Shown: positions 1 through 12,968, counted from the first letter of the stretch. The stretch is DNA of 64,000 nt from Octopus vulgaris (GCA_951406725.2 OX597823.1:80166001-80230000); one strand, 5' to 3'. Numbers and translations: made by a program. The notes: generated by a model not told the origin, from the sequence alone.

Positions 1-362
1 TGACAGTTGTCATCTACTATAGCCTTGGGCCGACCAAAGCTTTGTGGGTGGATTTGGTAGACGGAAACTGAAAGAAACCCGTCGTATATATATGTATATA
101 TATATATGTGAGTGTGTGTGTGTGTATGTGTGTGTGAGTGTGTGTGCGTGTGTGTGTTTGTGTGTACGTCTGTGTTTGTTGCCCAACATCGCTTGACAAC
201 CGATGCTGGTGCGTGTACGTACCCGTAACGCAGCGGTTCGGCTAAAGAGACCGATAGAATAAATACTAGGCTTACAAAGAATAAGTTCTGTGGTCGATTT
301 GCTCGATTAAATGCGGTGCTTCAGCATGGGCACAGTCAAATTACTAAAACAAGTAAAAGAAT
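1..362 (+). mobile_element. SINE family S1 copy (head not present in window)
   Basis: GGCCGACCAAAGC..GTGGATTTGGTAGACGGAAACTG, internal (TA)n(TG)n, tail CAGCATGG.CACAGTCAAA.TACT.AAACAAGTAAAAGA; matches fuller copies at 9116, 47334, 40135(-), 62905(-). Confidence 0.9.
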
Positions 363-822
363 AACACATAAAATATTTAAATTCTTTAAAGATAGTAATA
401 TTTAATTATAAATATACAGGAGGATTTCTTTAAAATTTATGCATCGAATGTCTATGGATGTTCAGAAGAATATAACAGGAATCAAAGCGATCCATTGGGG
501 AAAAAGCGGTTGAGAACCCCAGAAACCCAGGTGTGTACTCTTATTGTCTAGTAAAATATTTTCTTAATATTTGTTCCTACGTACATTTTGATTTTGGATT
601 CGGACAACTGACCTGTTTGAGGTAAAGTGCTTGAACACTAAATGACAGGTTTAAGAAATTACAGATTCTTCGATTGTTTGTGCCATGCTCGGGTTTCTGT
701 CTACGTTGATTTGCAGGCTATGCGTGCGTATATGAGTGTATTTATGTAAACACACAGAGAGACTTACACACACACACACATATACACACATACATACATA
801 CATACATACATACATACATACA

Positions 823-853
<31 letters not shown>

Positions 854-921
854 TTCCTTCACCTCATACTCTATTTTGTATCCTATCTAAATTAATTATT
901 ACATAACCATCCTCTCACACC

Positions 922-978
922 GTCTCCGATCAAGGGATATAATTAATAAAATAAACATCCTGGAAACAGCCGTAAGAC
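922..978 (+). ncRNA. Degenerate type I hammerhead ribozyme (PLE-type)
   Basis: GTCT-CCGATCA-AGGGAT..ATCCT-G-GAAAC-AGCC-GTA-AGAC: stem I GTCT/AGAC, stem II, short near-palindromic stem III, GUA site; core G8 mutated. Confidence 0.65.
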
Positions 979-1061
979 TTTCTTTCTATCTATAAATGTT
1001 ATATCTACAAAGCCTTGGTTTCTTTTATCTCATTGCGCAACAAATTCTTATATACATACAT

Positions 1062-1131
<70 letters not shown>

Positions 1132-1148
1132 TGTTGGTGTGGTGTATT

Positions 1149-1216
1149 GAGTGTGTGAGTCGCTACTCAAAGCTCTTCGTTTCCAAGAGGAAATTCAAAA
1201 TAGCGACTCATACACA

Positions 1217-1219
<3 letters not shown>
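1149..1219 (+). ncRNA. Decayed hammerhead-like fold with long stem I
   Basis: GAGTGTGTGAGTCGCTA / TAGCGACTCATACACACTC inverted repeat encloses CTCAAAG-CTCTT..AAGAG-GAAA-TTCAAAA. Confidence 0.4.
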
Positions 1220-1257
<38 letters not shown>

Positions 1258-1447
1258 TACTTTCTCTTCTTCACTCTCTTTTCCTCTCTCTTCTTTCTCT
1301 TCTTTCTTCTTTTTCATTCTCTTATCTTTTCCTTCTTGGCTTCCTTTCTTTCTTTACCTCTTGCTTTATCTCATCTCCCTGACACCTTACTACAAAAATC
1401 ATGTGCGTGTATATGTATATGCATGTGTGCGTGTGCGCGTGTGTATG

Positions 1448-1501
<54 letters not shown>

Positions 1502-1829
1502 GTGTTTGTGTGTGTATGTGTGTGTGTGTGTGCATGTAAATTCCATCGTTAATCTCAGTCGTAATTGGTCTTAAGATCCTTTCACATACAGGCAAAATTT
1601 TAAAATAGCAAAAGAGTGACTCGAACAACATAAAGATGTTATTAATCTCTGCTACGGCATCGAGTACGACAGTCAACACTAAACACATGTGCGTTCGTGT
1701 ATGTATGTATGTATGTATGTATGTATGTATGCAAAGACAAACTTAAAGAGGAGATATATAGATAGATCGATACATACATACACACACACACACTCACACA
1801 CACATACACATATATACACACACATATGC

Positions 1830-1861
<32 letters not shown>

Positions 1862-2068
1862 CTACACGCATTTATACATACATATATGTGTGTGTAGGTG
1901 TGTTGGTGTGCGTGCATACGTCCATATGTATATATGTGTATTTTTATCTGTTCGTGAGTCTACAGAAAAAAGAAGAAAAATAGGGAATTCAACGAGGCAG
2001 TTAGATAGATAGATAGATACATACATACATACATACATACATACATACATACATACATACATACGTAC

Positions 2069-2174
<106 letters not shown>

Positions 2175-2579
2175 TATTAAATAACGAGCTATGATGTAGA
2201 GCTTTTGAATCTACATAGGAAATGTAAATACGACTAAGGACGCCAACTTACCGGAATTGTTTCTTAGCAAGTAAGACGTAAGTGGAAAAAATAAGCGTAA
2301 TGTGTGTCGACAAAATGGCGCATATATAAATAATCCAACTTGTTCTTGATCACAGATACTTGATGTTTCATGTATAAATGTGTCATATAGAGTCAATATT
2401 AAGATAAATATTTATTCGTAGCTACTTGACTATTTGTAAAACTATAATATAATTGATAAATGACTTGATGTTGAACTAGACATATTATTAGTTATACATT
2501 GGGCTCTGTAACCCTTAGGGGAACTTGCCCAGATATTTCCGTCCGATCTACCAAATATCTCCACCACATTAGTCAAAAT

Positions 2580-3025
2580 ATTAATTCCAAATTTTAGCAC
2601 AAGGCCAGAAAATTCGGGGGTGGGTGTAAGTCGATTATATCGACCCCTGTGTTCAACTGATAGTTATTTTATCGACTCTGAAAGAATGAAAGGCAAAGAA
2701 GACCTCAGCAGAATTTGAACTCACGACGTAACGACGGACGAAATGCCGCTAAGCATTTTTCCGGCGTGCTAACAATTCTGCCAGCTCACCACATACATCA
2801 GTGAAAATATCAGTTTCAAATTTTGGCGCAGGGTGATCAATTTTGGGGATGGGGTTCAGTCGGTTACATCGACTCCAGTGTCCAACTGGTACTTATTCTA
2901 TCGGCCCTGAGAGGATGAAAGGCAAAGTCTACTTCGGTAGAATTTGAACCCAGTACGTAAAGAGAGACGAAATACTGCTAAGCATTTTTCCCGGCGTGCT
3001 AACGATTCTACCAGCTCAACGCCTT
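2580..3025 (-). mobile_element. Two tandem SINE family S2 copies
   Basis: Reverse complement of GAGCTGGCAGAA..GTTCAAATTC..TTTGCCTTTCAT..GTCGATAAAATAA core, with tail type b (CTTGTGCTAAAATTTGG). Confidence 0.85.
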
Positions 3026-3171
3026 CGTTAGTCAAGATATTGCTGGGAAATGTTACACATTTTTTGGTTCTTTTGTTGTATTTTTATAATGAAAATCTAT
3101 TGGAATATCTTTCAAAGATTTCTTTTGAATGTTCATTTTGCGGCAAAACCATAGTAATAAAAGCAGTCCAT

Positions 3172-3392
3172 GTACCGAGGGGGTGCTTAAAAGTTCCTGC
3201 TTTAAGGATATAACGAAAGGCCTAGTTGGAGGCCCAAGCTTCCGCGCTCTTTTATAGGGCTTGGAAAAACTGAAGGACCGCTGCAATAAGTGTATAAATC
3301 TGAAAGTGGAATATACTGAATAAAATCACAGCTAACTGATTCTCCTGCATATTCTGTTACTCAAAGCCAGGAACTTTTCTGTACCCCTCCAT
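3172..3392. mobile_element. Mariner-like MITE
   Basis: TIRs GAGGGGGTGCTTAAAAGTTCCTG / CAGGAACTTTTCTGTACCCCTC, TA flanks; sister copy at 61019-61246. Confidence 0.75.
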
Positions 3393-3544
3393 AGATACGT
3401 CTTTTTTTCTCAAGCCCTATGATTCATAGGGCCAGTTTCCATGGTTTATAAGTAACCGAGAGCGCAATGGTTCCTTTAAACGAGACGCCGGTCCTTTGCG
3501 AGATTCAAGGTCAACCGTTTTGAGTGAATGAAGCAAGTTCGTTA

Positions 3545-3965
3545 CGTCGCCCCCAGTACTTGACTGGTACTTTATTTTATCGACCCCGAAGGCGTAAAAA
3601 GCGAAGTTGACCTCCACAGGATTTGAACTCAGAACTTAAGTAGGAAGAAGAAGAAATGCGGCTCAGCATTTTGTCCTACATGCCCAACGATTCTGCCAGC
3701 TTGTCGCCTTATATGCAGATGTTAGTAAAACAAAATAAAAATAATATTGATTTCAAGTTTTGTCACCAGGCCAGCAAGTTTGGGGAAGAAGGCTAATCGA
3801 TTATGTTGACCCTTGTACTTCAATGGTACTTATTTTATCGATCCCGAAAGGATGAAAGACAAGCTGGACCTCGACAGAATTTGAACTCAGAATGTAAGAT
3901 GGGTAGAAATACCGCTAAGCAATTTTTTCCGATGCGGTAAAGATTCTGCCAGCTTACCGCCTTAC
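3545..3965 (-). mobile_element. Two SINE S2 copies
   Basis: S2 core repeated twice on the minus strand. Confidence 0.8.
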
Positions 3966-4412
3966 ATACAGATGTTAGTAAAATAATAAAATAAGAAGAA
4001 AATAATATTCTTATCAGGTCTACAAGTATAGGAATAAGCAGAAGGTTATGAAATAACTCACCTATTAAAAGCGGGTGAAGGTATTTCTGATAAACATGCC
4101 TCGGTTTTGTTTTGTTTTGTTTTGAGGTTTTCTTTTGCTTTTTGTTGATTTTTGCATCAGACATTTTATTATATACATTGATAAGAAAGATTTCCGTCTA
4201 TCAAAATGTTTCTTTTTTTGAGAACAGATTATTTTTTAAAATGTTTTATTTTGATGTTTTTTTCTTTTGAATCGCAAGGACCCATAGAACCAACGCCTAT
4301 TCCGTAGATTTAAATTGAATGGTGTTAACCTTCTTGCTAGACTAGAAAATGGAGTCACCTGATCTACTTCCCCTTGAAACGAATAAAATGTTATATTATA
4401 AGAATGACTCTG

Positions 4413-4842
4413 AGATCTTTTCTGTTTGAACGGCAGTTTTTAACATAATTTCTAGGTAACTAAAAAATTTTAAACTTCGTATACTGGAAGAATGTGTTTA
4501 TAGGACATCTTTTTCTCTTGGCTTTATTGGGAAAATTCTATAGTTTGTAAGATATTTGTAGTTTTTTCTTCAATTTCTGCAATTTCAACCAATCAGTGAC
4601 GTCTATTGAGTTAAAAAGCATTCTGTGCCGTATGAATATGTCCCTCGTTTAAGAAACAGATTGGGTTTATTTACATTTGTGAAGAAAAAAAGATACCTTT
4701 CCCCCACCCCTAACCTTAACCCTAACTAACCCTAACCCTAAAAGAGATTGAAATGCAATAGATCAATTCTAGGTTTATAATTATGGGTGACAATTTCATA
4801 TGACACCGCTAGAAAAAACTGCCGTTCAAACCGAAAAGATTC
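4413..4842. mobile_element. Merlin-like MITE with internal (CCCTAA)n
   Basis: TIR (A/G)GATCTTTTC.GTTTGAACGGCAGTTTTT; 8-bp TSD TGACTCTG (4405-4412, 4843-4850); superfamily inferred from GG termini plus 8-bp TSD. Confidence 0.8.
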
Positions 4843-6039
4843 TGACTCTGATCTACAAGTTACAGCAGTGAACTATAGAACTCGCGCAACGCATTTAGAT
4901 TTATGTAAACTCAAGCTTCGATATTTAAGTGTCTTGGCCACGGACTCATTACAATGAGGTTACAATGTAAGAACAATCGATCTCTGATTTTCTTTTAGAG
5001 AATGAGTAGCGCCAGTACCTCTTTCGTGGGGTCTCTAAAACTAGTAGGTAAAAGGAATGTAGCTATTCTGAGATCAAATTCTTTATTCGATGCTTCTAAG
5101 AAACTGGAATCCGCTAGAAGTAACCAAAGGTCAGATACACACGCTAAACTAGACGATGGATGAAGTAAACAAATCAAGAAGAGCATGGTTTCTCCGAAGT
5201 GCTTCCAAACACTTTACGTCTACCAAATTTCAGTAACAATAATACACAACTTAAAGACAAAGTACGAACAAATCTTGAGTAGGCATTAGTTGAAGACACT
5301 TTTTCAATGTCCCTGCAATGGAATCGAACCATAAGTTACCCGTGTGTGATAAAAACTTTTTCGCCTCATAGCTATACTTTACTGACTTGGCCACAAACAA
5401 GCTATTATTTATAACTTTATATGTGCTCTGAGATTCAATTCCAAAAGCAAGAATTATATTTTAAATAGTCTATAAAATATTTTCCTTGACATCGACAAAA
5501 ATAGTCTATAAAATATTTTCCTTACATCGACAAAAGTGGCTTCATATTTTTTAACTATCGAGCCTAGATAATTAGCAACTAAATCTACCTCAAACTACAG
5601 TTTAACTGAGAATACTGAAAATTTACTTTTAAAAACAATTTCAGGTTCGATGATAGAGCTATGGTGTTGGAAAACAGGTTGATCGATATATAGTTGAGAC
5701 GGTACAACACAAAGAATAACACAACACGTAGATAATTAAATGTGAAAAATATTGGAAGGCGCCATCTAAATAGAGAGAAAGAATGGCATAAAAGGTCAGA
5801 ACAACTCAGCAATAAGTTTTAGTACATCCGACATACAACACAAAACACTGAATTTTCATCTTAAAACAAATGAGATAAACGGAAGAGCTACCATTAACTT
5901 CCTGTTAATGTACTCAAATCTAGAAAGGAACGAACTTGCTGCGCATAAAATCACCAACGACAGTAATATATAAAAGTTAATATACCTTTCTTCTGAACAT
6001 CACACACACAAATAAAAAAAAAACGTGTTTACCAATGTA

Positions 6040-6590
6040 TTGGGTCGTCCGGAAAGTTCGCGCTGATTTTTAAAAGAAAGAAAAAGGTCAATAAATACTT
6101 GCCGTTACATTTTTAATCAACCGAATATGAACAATTTTGTAGCACAATGCGTCTCCATCTTTCCTTTAATTTGAAAATACCTTTTTCCCAGAATTGAGGT
6201 GGTTTCATGACAAGAATTCATCAAGGTATATTTTTAGGTATATTTTTACCATTAAGACTATTCTGTAGAGACCTGAATAAGGGGAAATCCGAAAGAGCAA
6301 TATCTGGTGAATATGGAGGGTGGGGTAACACATCCCAGCCGAGCTGCATCAATTTTTGTCTGGTTCCCAAAGCATCAAGTGCCGAAAATGAACTTTCTTA
6401 TCTTCCATTTTAAAGGGTTACAGAATTAACACAGGTTATAGGAACATAAACCTTCTTCCACGAAAAGATAGCTTAAACTGTGCTCTAAATGGAGGTATAG
6501 TCAAATCCTATTTTATAGACTCAACCATGTTCTAAAATAAGTCGAACGGTAAGCTACTACAAATCGGCACGAACTTTCCGGACAACCCAA
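6040..6590 (-). mobile_element. Internally deleted mariner element
   Basis: TIRs TTGGGTCGTCCGGAAAGTTCG / CGAACTTTCCGGACAACCCAA, TA TSD; minus strand encodes HPPYSPDIALSDFPLFRSL. Confidence 0.9.
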
Positions 6591-6817
6591 TACAATTCAT
6601 AACCATAACACAAAATCTTTAACTTACTCTGGTACAACACTAGCAGCCTGAAATATATTTTCATGGATCGGGAAAGAGTAGGCAAAACTTCATCACCTCA
6701 GTTTGCACGATGGGACCTGCATTTATGCATGGACCGAAATTACAACTCACATTCAGAAATTCAAATCTCAAATGACTGATTAATGAATAGATCGATCGAT
6801 CGATCGATCAATCAATG

Positions 6818-6894
<77 letters not shown>

Positions 6895-7198
6895 CGAGAG
6901 AGGGAGAGAGGGAAAGAGATAGAGAGGAAGAGAATTGTAGGAAGATGGGATGAAGCTATCTTCAGATCGAATTCTTGGCAAATGCTTTGCAATTCCTAAA
7001 GCGCTCTAAACACAGCCAAGAAGCCAGAAGGAGTTGTTAAATTGGCTGATGGATGTAGTCTACTATACAAGAACAGTAACAGTTTCTCCTAAGAGCCTCC
7101 ACACGGTTAATGTTTACCAAATTTCACTAACAAGGATACCCAACAATATCATCAAAATAATCGATCATACACCAAGAAGCAAAATAAAAACACGTTTA

Positions 7199-7522
7199 TG
7201 TTGTGTGGACGCCCAGAACCACAAGTAAAAGTATTCGAGGTCCCAGAACCACAAGCAAAAGCAGAACCGACACGTAGGTCGAACAGGAAGAGAAAACCTA
7301 CAGAAATTATGGAAATTAGCGCTAAGAGAAAACTATATGCCAGTTTCTCACAGAAGAAATAAAATCGATAAATTCGGGTTTAAAAAACGCAAAAGGGGGA
7401 GGTGTTGTGTGGACGCCCCCAGACGACGAAGTAGGCTAGCCCAATACGTAGATATAGAAGGAGAAGTCTAGACGTCGTCAGAGTAGAGCTGAGTAGAGGT
7501 CATCCGAACGTGCGACATAACA
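7199..7522 (+). mobile_element. Internally deleted LTR retrotransposon (Gypsy-like) with 120-bp 3' LTR
   Basis: 5-bp TSD GTTTA; LTR TGTTGTGTGGACG...CATAACA at 7403-7522 preceded by PPT AAAAGGGGGAGG; LTR start repeated at 7199; internal peptide EPTRRSNRKRKPT resembles an integrase C-tail. Confidence 0.8.
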
Positions 7523-7614
7523 GTTTACAAACTTGAAAACGAAGCCGATGAAGTGCCTCAACGACAAGCAATGAGTGTAGTATATACATTTAACAAAGTA
7601 ATTGTAGGGTACTG

Positions 7615-7933
7615 TGAGGGCGCGTGGCTTAGTGGTTAGGGCATTCGGCTCATGATCGTAAGGTTGTGAGTTCGATTCCCAGCGACGCGTTGTGTCCTTG
7701 AGCAAGACACTTTATTTCACGTTGCTCCAGTCCACTCGGCTGGCAAAGATGAGTTGTACTTGTATTTCAAAGGGCCAGCCTTGTCACACTGAATCTCCTT
7801 GCGAACTACTTTAAGGGTACACAAGTCTGTGGAATACTCAGCCATTTGCACGTTAATTTGACGAGCAAGCTGTTCCGTTGATCGTATCAGCTGGGACCCT
7901 CGTCGTCGTAACCGACGGAGTGCTCATCCTTCC
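7615..7933 (+). mobile_element. tRNA-headed SINE, head A + tail X
   Basis: A box TGGCTTAGTGG, B box GTTCGATTCC, CORE-like GTGTCCTTGAGCAAGACACTT; TSD TGTAGGGTACTG. Confidence 0.9.
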
Positions 7934-7947
7934 TGTAGGGTACTGAA

Positions 7948-8410
7948 TTATTAGTTCATCTGTCGTTGTCGGCGATGAACAAGGACATCCGATGGGAGAA
8001 GAAGATAGGGTACGGTGTGTCCAGTTGTGGCCAATCAGTCCGATACCTGCTCGGAAGGCCCTGCTGCAGGTCGGGAATTGGTGATCTGCTGGGACTGAAG
8101 GGGAAGAGATGGCTCTGAACTTGCGTAGTTCGCGTTTTCTTCGTTCCTCTGCAATCCACTTCTGTTCGTAGGACGTCACACCTCCGTAGGAACATTTTCG
8201 CCAAGCAGGGTGAGCTTGTGCTGACGTTTCCCAGGTGTCGGTATTGATCTCAAAGCTCTTCAGTGAGGTTTTGAATATGTCCTTGAAGCACTTCTGTCCG
8301 CCTTACGTTCGCTTGTCTTCTGCCAGTTCACTTTAAAATAGTCTTTTGGGGAGTCACGTGTCAGGTGTTCGAACAAGGTGGCCTACACACCTGACTTGCA
8401 CTCGAAAGAG
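7948..8410 (-). mobile_element. RTE-clade LINE 3' fragment
   Basis: Minus translation GHLVRTPD..PKRLF..GGQKCFKD..TWET..CSRAFRAGIGLIGH, typical of the RTE/BovB C-terminus. Confidence 0.85.
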
Positions 8411-8535
8411 CCTAAAAAATTATATTTATTAAAATCTAGTGATACTCCAACGCACAACCACTAAATACACAAATAATTAAACTCAACATCTAGAAAATAA
8501 ACAAGGAATAAAAGAATAGAAATACCAAAGATATA

Positions 8536-8890
8536 TGGCGCTGGTATGGTTGTGTGGTTAAGATGCTCGCTTTATAACCAAGTAGTTTAGGGTTCAGTTT
8601 CGTTACGTGGCACCTTGAGCAAATGTGTTATACTATAGCCCCGCACTGACCAATGCCTTGTGTATGGATTTGGTAGATGGAAAATTGTATGGAAGCCAGC
8701 ATATACATGTGTGTGTGTGTTTCTGTTTTTGACACCCACCAACGCTTGAGCCGGTGCTGGGCTGCTTATGTCTCCGTTCGGCAAAAGAGACCCATAGACT
8801 AACAACCAGACTTAAAGATATGTACTGCGAACGATTTGTTCGACTAAACCCTTCAAAGCGATGCCTAGCCCAATGAAGTGAAAAAAAGTA
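8536..8890 (+). mobile_element. Diverged SINE S1
   Basis: GGCGCTGGTATGGTTGTGTGG head, GGCACCTTGAGCAAATGTG, GGTTCGGCAAAAGAGACC-like body. Confidence 0.8.
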
Positions 8891-9115
8891 AGCAGAAAAT
8901 AAAGAGAAAGAAAAAGAAAAGAAAAAACAAAATAACGTTTGTATAGAACAAGATTTTCCCCCAAATCGACCGCGAATGGCCTGACAAAAGCAAAAAGAAA
9001 AAAAGGAAACAGACAAAATAATTTTGACACGTTCCACACAAATTTCGACCACGTACCCTATTTTTATCAGATACTACATGAACAATAAAAGAAATTTCAA
9101 ATTTTTGGCTTTATA

Positions 9116-9298
9116 GGCGTAGGAGCGGCTGTGTGGTAAATAGCTTGCTTACGAACCACATGGTTCCGGGTTCAGTCTCACTGCGTGACACCTTGGGCAA
9201 GTGTCTTCTACTATAGCCTCGGGCCGACCAAGGCCTTGTGAGTGGATTTGGTAGACGGGAACTGAAATAAGCCTGTCGTATATATATGTATATGTATG

Positions 9299-9375
<77 letters not shown>

Positions 9376-9580
9376 GCGTCTGCGTTTGTCCCACAACATC
9401 GCTTGACAACCGATGCTAGTGTGTTTACGTCCTCGTAACTTAGTGGTTCGGCAAAAGAGACCGATAGAATAAGTACTAGGCTTACAAAGAATAAGTCCTA
9501 AAGTCGGTTTACTCGACTAAAGGCCGTGCTCCAGCATAGCCACAGTCACATGACTGAAACAAGTAAAAGAGTGAAAGAGA
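9116..9580 (+). mobile_element. Full-length SINE S1
   Basis: GGCGTAGGAGCGGCTGTGTGGTAA head, GGGTTCAGTCTC B box, internal (TA)(TG), tail GACTGAAACAAGTAAAAGAG. Confidence 0.92.
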
Positions 9581-9819
9581 ATGCTTCCTGAATTCGATGA
9601 GATCACAAACAATAGTGGCGAAAAATAACTTCCGATCCAGGCTCTCACTGTCTGATGCAGTTTAACGTCATGTCCAGGGCTATTGACGTGCCACTACAAC
9701 TCTCTACTCAGTAAAAGCAGAAAAATGATCCACTAAAATAACTTTTAGCTGTTGGAGTAATGTGTAAAACAAAACTTACAATGTAGAACCACTTGTTTTA
9801 GGCAATATATATTTGCTAA

Positions 9820-10050
9820 AGGCGGCGAGCTGGCAGAAACGTTAGCACGCTGGGCGAAATGCATAGCCGTATTTCGTCTGTCGTTACGTTCTGGGTTCAA
9901 ATTCCGCCGAGGTCGACTTTGCCTTTCATCCTTTCGGGGTCGATAAATTAAGTACCAATTATGCACTGGGGTCGATGTAATCGACTTAATCCCTTTGTCT
10001 GTCCTTGTTTGTCCCCTCTGTGTTTAGCCCCTTGTGGGTAGTAAAGAAAT
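9820..10050 (+). mobile_element. Full-length SINE S2 with tail type a
   Basis: GGCGGCGAGCTGGCAGAAACG head; GTCGACTTTGCCTTTCATCCTTTCGGGGTCGATAAATTAAGTACC (Meta-SINE-like domain); tail TGTCCCCTCTGTGTTTAGCCCCTTGTGGGTAGTAAAGAAAT. Confidence 0.92.
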
Positions 10051-10527
10051 AAATATATATTTGCTGACAGTGAAGGCAGCATGTCTCGAGTTCCATTGAG
10101 GCGATAAATATTTTAGTTGCCGACATTTGTATCAATAAACTTATCCGATATTATACGCATTACATTAGTTCTCCATATTACAGTGGTATATCCAACTGCT
10201 TCATTTTATCTAATTACAGTGGGAACGATTTTTTTTTTTACTTTGCAGTTATAAAATTTCAAACTACGTTGATGGTGGAGGTGATGGGTGGAATTATAAT
10301 TGTACATCAAATACAATAATTTATCATAGATATTTTGTTCTCGTCTTTTTGTTCCGAATGGTTGCATTTTTACATTGTTTGTCATTGAACTACGCCCATG
10401 GTGAGGCACCACCTTGAAAGATTTTGGTCGAATAGATGGACCCTAGTACTTATTTATTTTTAATATGGTACTTATTCTATATGGGAACGTAAACAAACTA
10501 ACACCGTTGGTTAGTTACGGGTAACAA

Positions 10528-10620
<93 letters not shown>

Positions 10621-10743
10621 AGGCAAAGAAGAAAATGGAGAAAAGATTCATTTGACAAACATCAGTAAGATATCTCCAGTAGTATATTGGATATTTATTA
10701 CCCCTGAGATTGTTGTCTAAACTCTAACTCTCTCTCTCTCTCC

Positions 10744-10774
<31 letters not shown>

Positions 10775-11647
10775 CATGCATATATAGTTTGTTGTGTCTG
10801 GGAAGAGTCATTTTCTTCTAATGTAAAAAATAAATAATGTTATATTTCTATAGTTAAATATTACTAGGAATTGTACATAAAAAAATTGTTAAAACATTTT
10901 CTGCATTGTAAATGTATAACTAATTTATCGCAGATAAATTTTAACAACAAAATCTTATGTGGACCCCACTCCCCACGGGCCATGTAGATCCCGGTTGAGA
11001 ACCACTGTGCTACACAGAGGAAAGAACAAAGAGGCATCGTAAGCCTCTAGGTTTATTGAACCGAAGCTTTTCCACTTTTTTTATGACTCATAAGCGACCA
11101 CGAGTAAAACACTCTGCCCCGTCCGCCGGAATGGAATGTCAATCTGCCAAAAGATTTACCTCGGTCCGTACATATTTCCAGCTGAGAGAACTGGAACAAA
11201 ATGTATTAAAGTGGACATAACACGTCATTCTGTCTGGGAATCGAAACTACGTGAGTCCAACTTTCTAAATATTAGGTTACGTGTCTCCACAAAGCGATTT
11301 ACTCAGCCTTGACCTAAACATTGTCGGGAAACATTGTTTTTGTGTACATCTATCTTCGTTTATCATGAGGTGTTTGGTTCAAGAAGAAAAACAAACACCG
11401 TGTTAAATGAATTAGTGATGATTATGAGGAAAATAAGTTTCATTCCGAGACACCAAGTTATCCTGAACATCGTGGATGGTCTCTAGCGCGCGCTTTTTGC
11501 GGTCTGAGCAGAAGTTTTGACCGATCGTCGATCCGTGTTATCACAGATCAATTCTCATGCTAAACGTAACAGGGTTCACAATTAAACGTACCCGTTATCC
11601 GGATCAGTGTTGAATGAATTGGTGATAAACGAGGATAGTTGAATATA

Positions 11648-12968
11648 CAGGGTGGGTGGAAAGTAGGGAGGCATTAAAATCATAAAATCCATATTCCTTT
11701 TACAAATTTATTGAAACAAATGATACATGTTCTTTGTTACGTGGGAACATGAAAGTAAATCTTCATATTTCAACGTAAGCACCCGTAGCGTCAACAACTT
11801 TCCTCAAACGACCAGGAATGGAAAGAACAGCCTTCTCAAGGACATCGTCTGGGATATCATTGAGAACCTCCTGATCCGTGTCACCAAATCCTCCAGTGTG
11901 CGAGGTGTCTTGTACACCGCTTATGTGTAACCCTTACATGTAAAAATCGCATGGAGTGAGATCTGGACATTTTGAAGTTCTAGGTTACTGGACTTCTGCA
12001 GTCACAGTCTTCAGGTTTTAGCTCCCGCACGTAATGGGGTTTCCACGAACGGAAATTCAGTTCTTTATGCAACACGGTAAGTATTGTATGTCTTCTTATT
12101 ACCCTTTCACGAGCTGCTTGACATGTTGGCTTTTGCGGGTTGCGATTAACATTTCCTACACTGTGCCACGTAACCTGCTGATCGGGATGTGGTTGAACGG
12201 CCACTTCTTCTTGCATCGTTCACAAAGCCCGTGATCATCAGCTTTGCATGACAACTTTTTATTGTCTCTGGACGTAATCTTGCATGCTTACCTTTCCATG
12301 CGTGCCACCATCTCTGAACCAAAACAATGGAATCCCACACGTCATAGCGTACTGTTATCTTAACTTGCTCCTGAACAATCAAACGACCGGCAATCGGGAA
12401 AATAAGGAAAAAGAAATAAGACAATAAGAAAATTTAAAATCCCCATTAGTGTTTTCTGTTTAAAAAATGTTTTCGTTATGACTTCAGTGATACTAAAAAT
12501 TCGGATCTTTTCGGTTTGAACGGCATTTTTTTAAAATAATTTCCACGTAACTAAACACTTTTAAACTTCGTATACTGGTAGAATGTGTTTATAAAACATC
12601 TTTTTCTCTTGGCTTTATTGAGAAAATTCTATGGTTTGTAAGACATTTGTTGTTGTTTTTCTTCAATTTCTGCAATTTCAACCAATCAATAACGTCTATT
12701 GAGGTGAAAACATTCTGTGCCGTATGAATATGTCCCTCGTTTAAGAAACAGATTGAGTTTATTTACATTTCTGAAGAAAAAATAACCCTAACTAACCCTA
12801 ACTAACCCTAACCCTAAAACAGATTGAAATGCAATAGATCGATACTAGGGTCATAGTTATGGGTGACAATTTCATATGACACCGCTAGAAAAAACTGCCG
12901 TTCAAACTGAAAAGATCCAAAGATTCTATAAGCAATTTCTAATGCCTAGTTACTTTCCACCTACCCTG
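11648..12968 (-). mobile_element. Internally deleted Tc1/mariner element (Tc3/rosa-like)
   Basis: TIRs CAGGGTGGGTGGAAAGTA / TACTTTCCACCTACCCTG, TA TSD; remnants VQRWW..DARRSGR, KPHYVRELKPED, SPDLTPCDF-like. Confidence 0.88.
12503..12918. mobile_element. Second Merlin-like MITE, nested in the Tc1/mariner element
   Basis: GGATCTTTTCGGTTTGAACGGCA..TGCCGTTCAAACTGAAAAGATCC; TSD AAAAATTC/AAAGATTC; highly similar to 4413-4842. Confidence 0.85.

Noticed and set aside
651-2062. ORF-track proteins such as MYVCMYVC and HTHTHT (also at 17 kb, 27 kb, 32 kb, 37 kb, 39 kb)
   Set aside because: Translations of stop-free microsatellites
4705-4742. Possible telomere or chromosome fusion scar
   Set aside because: The short array is internal to a MITE present twice in the window
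5461-5535. ~38-bp tandem duplication
   Set aside because: Ordinary slippage with no further structure
9116-9200. tRNA-like A/B boxes at SINE heads
   Set aside because: No acceptor stem or cloverleaf; they continue into SINE bodies
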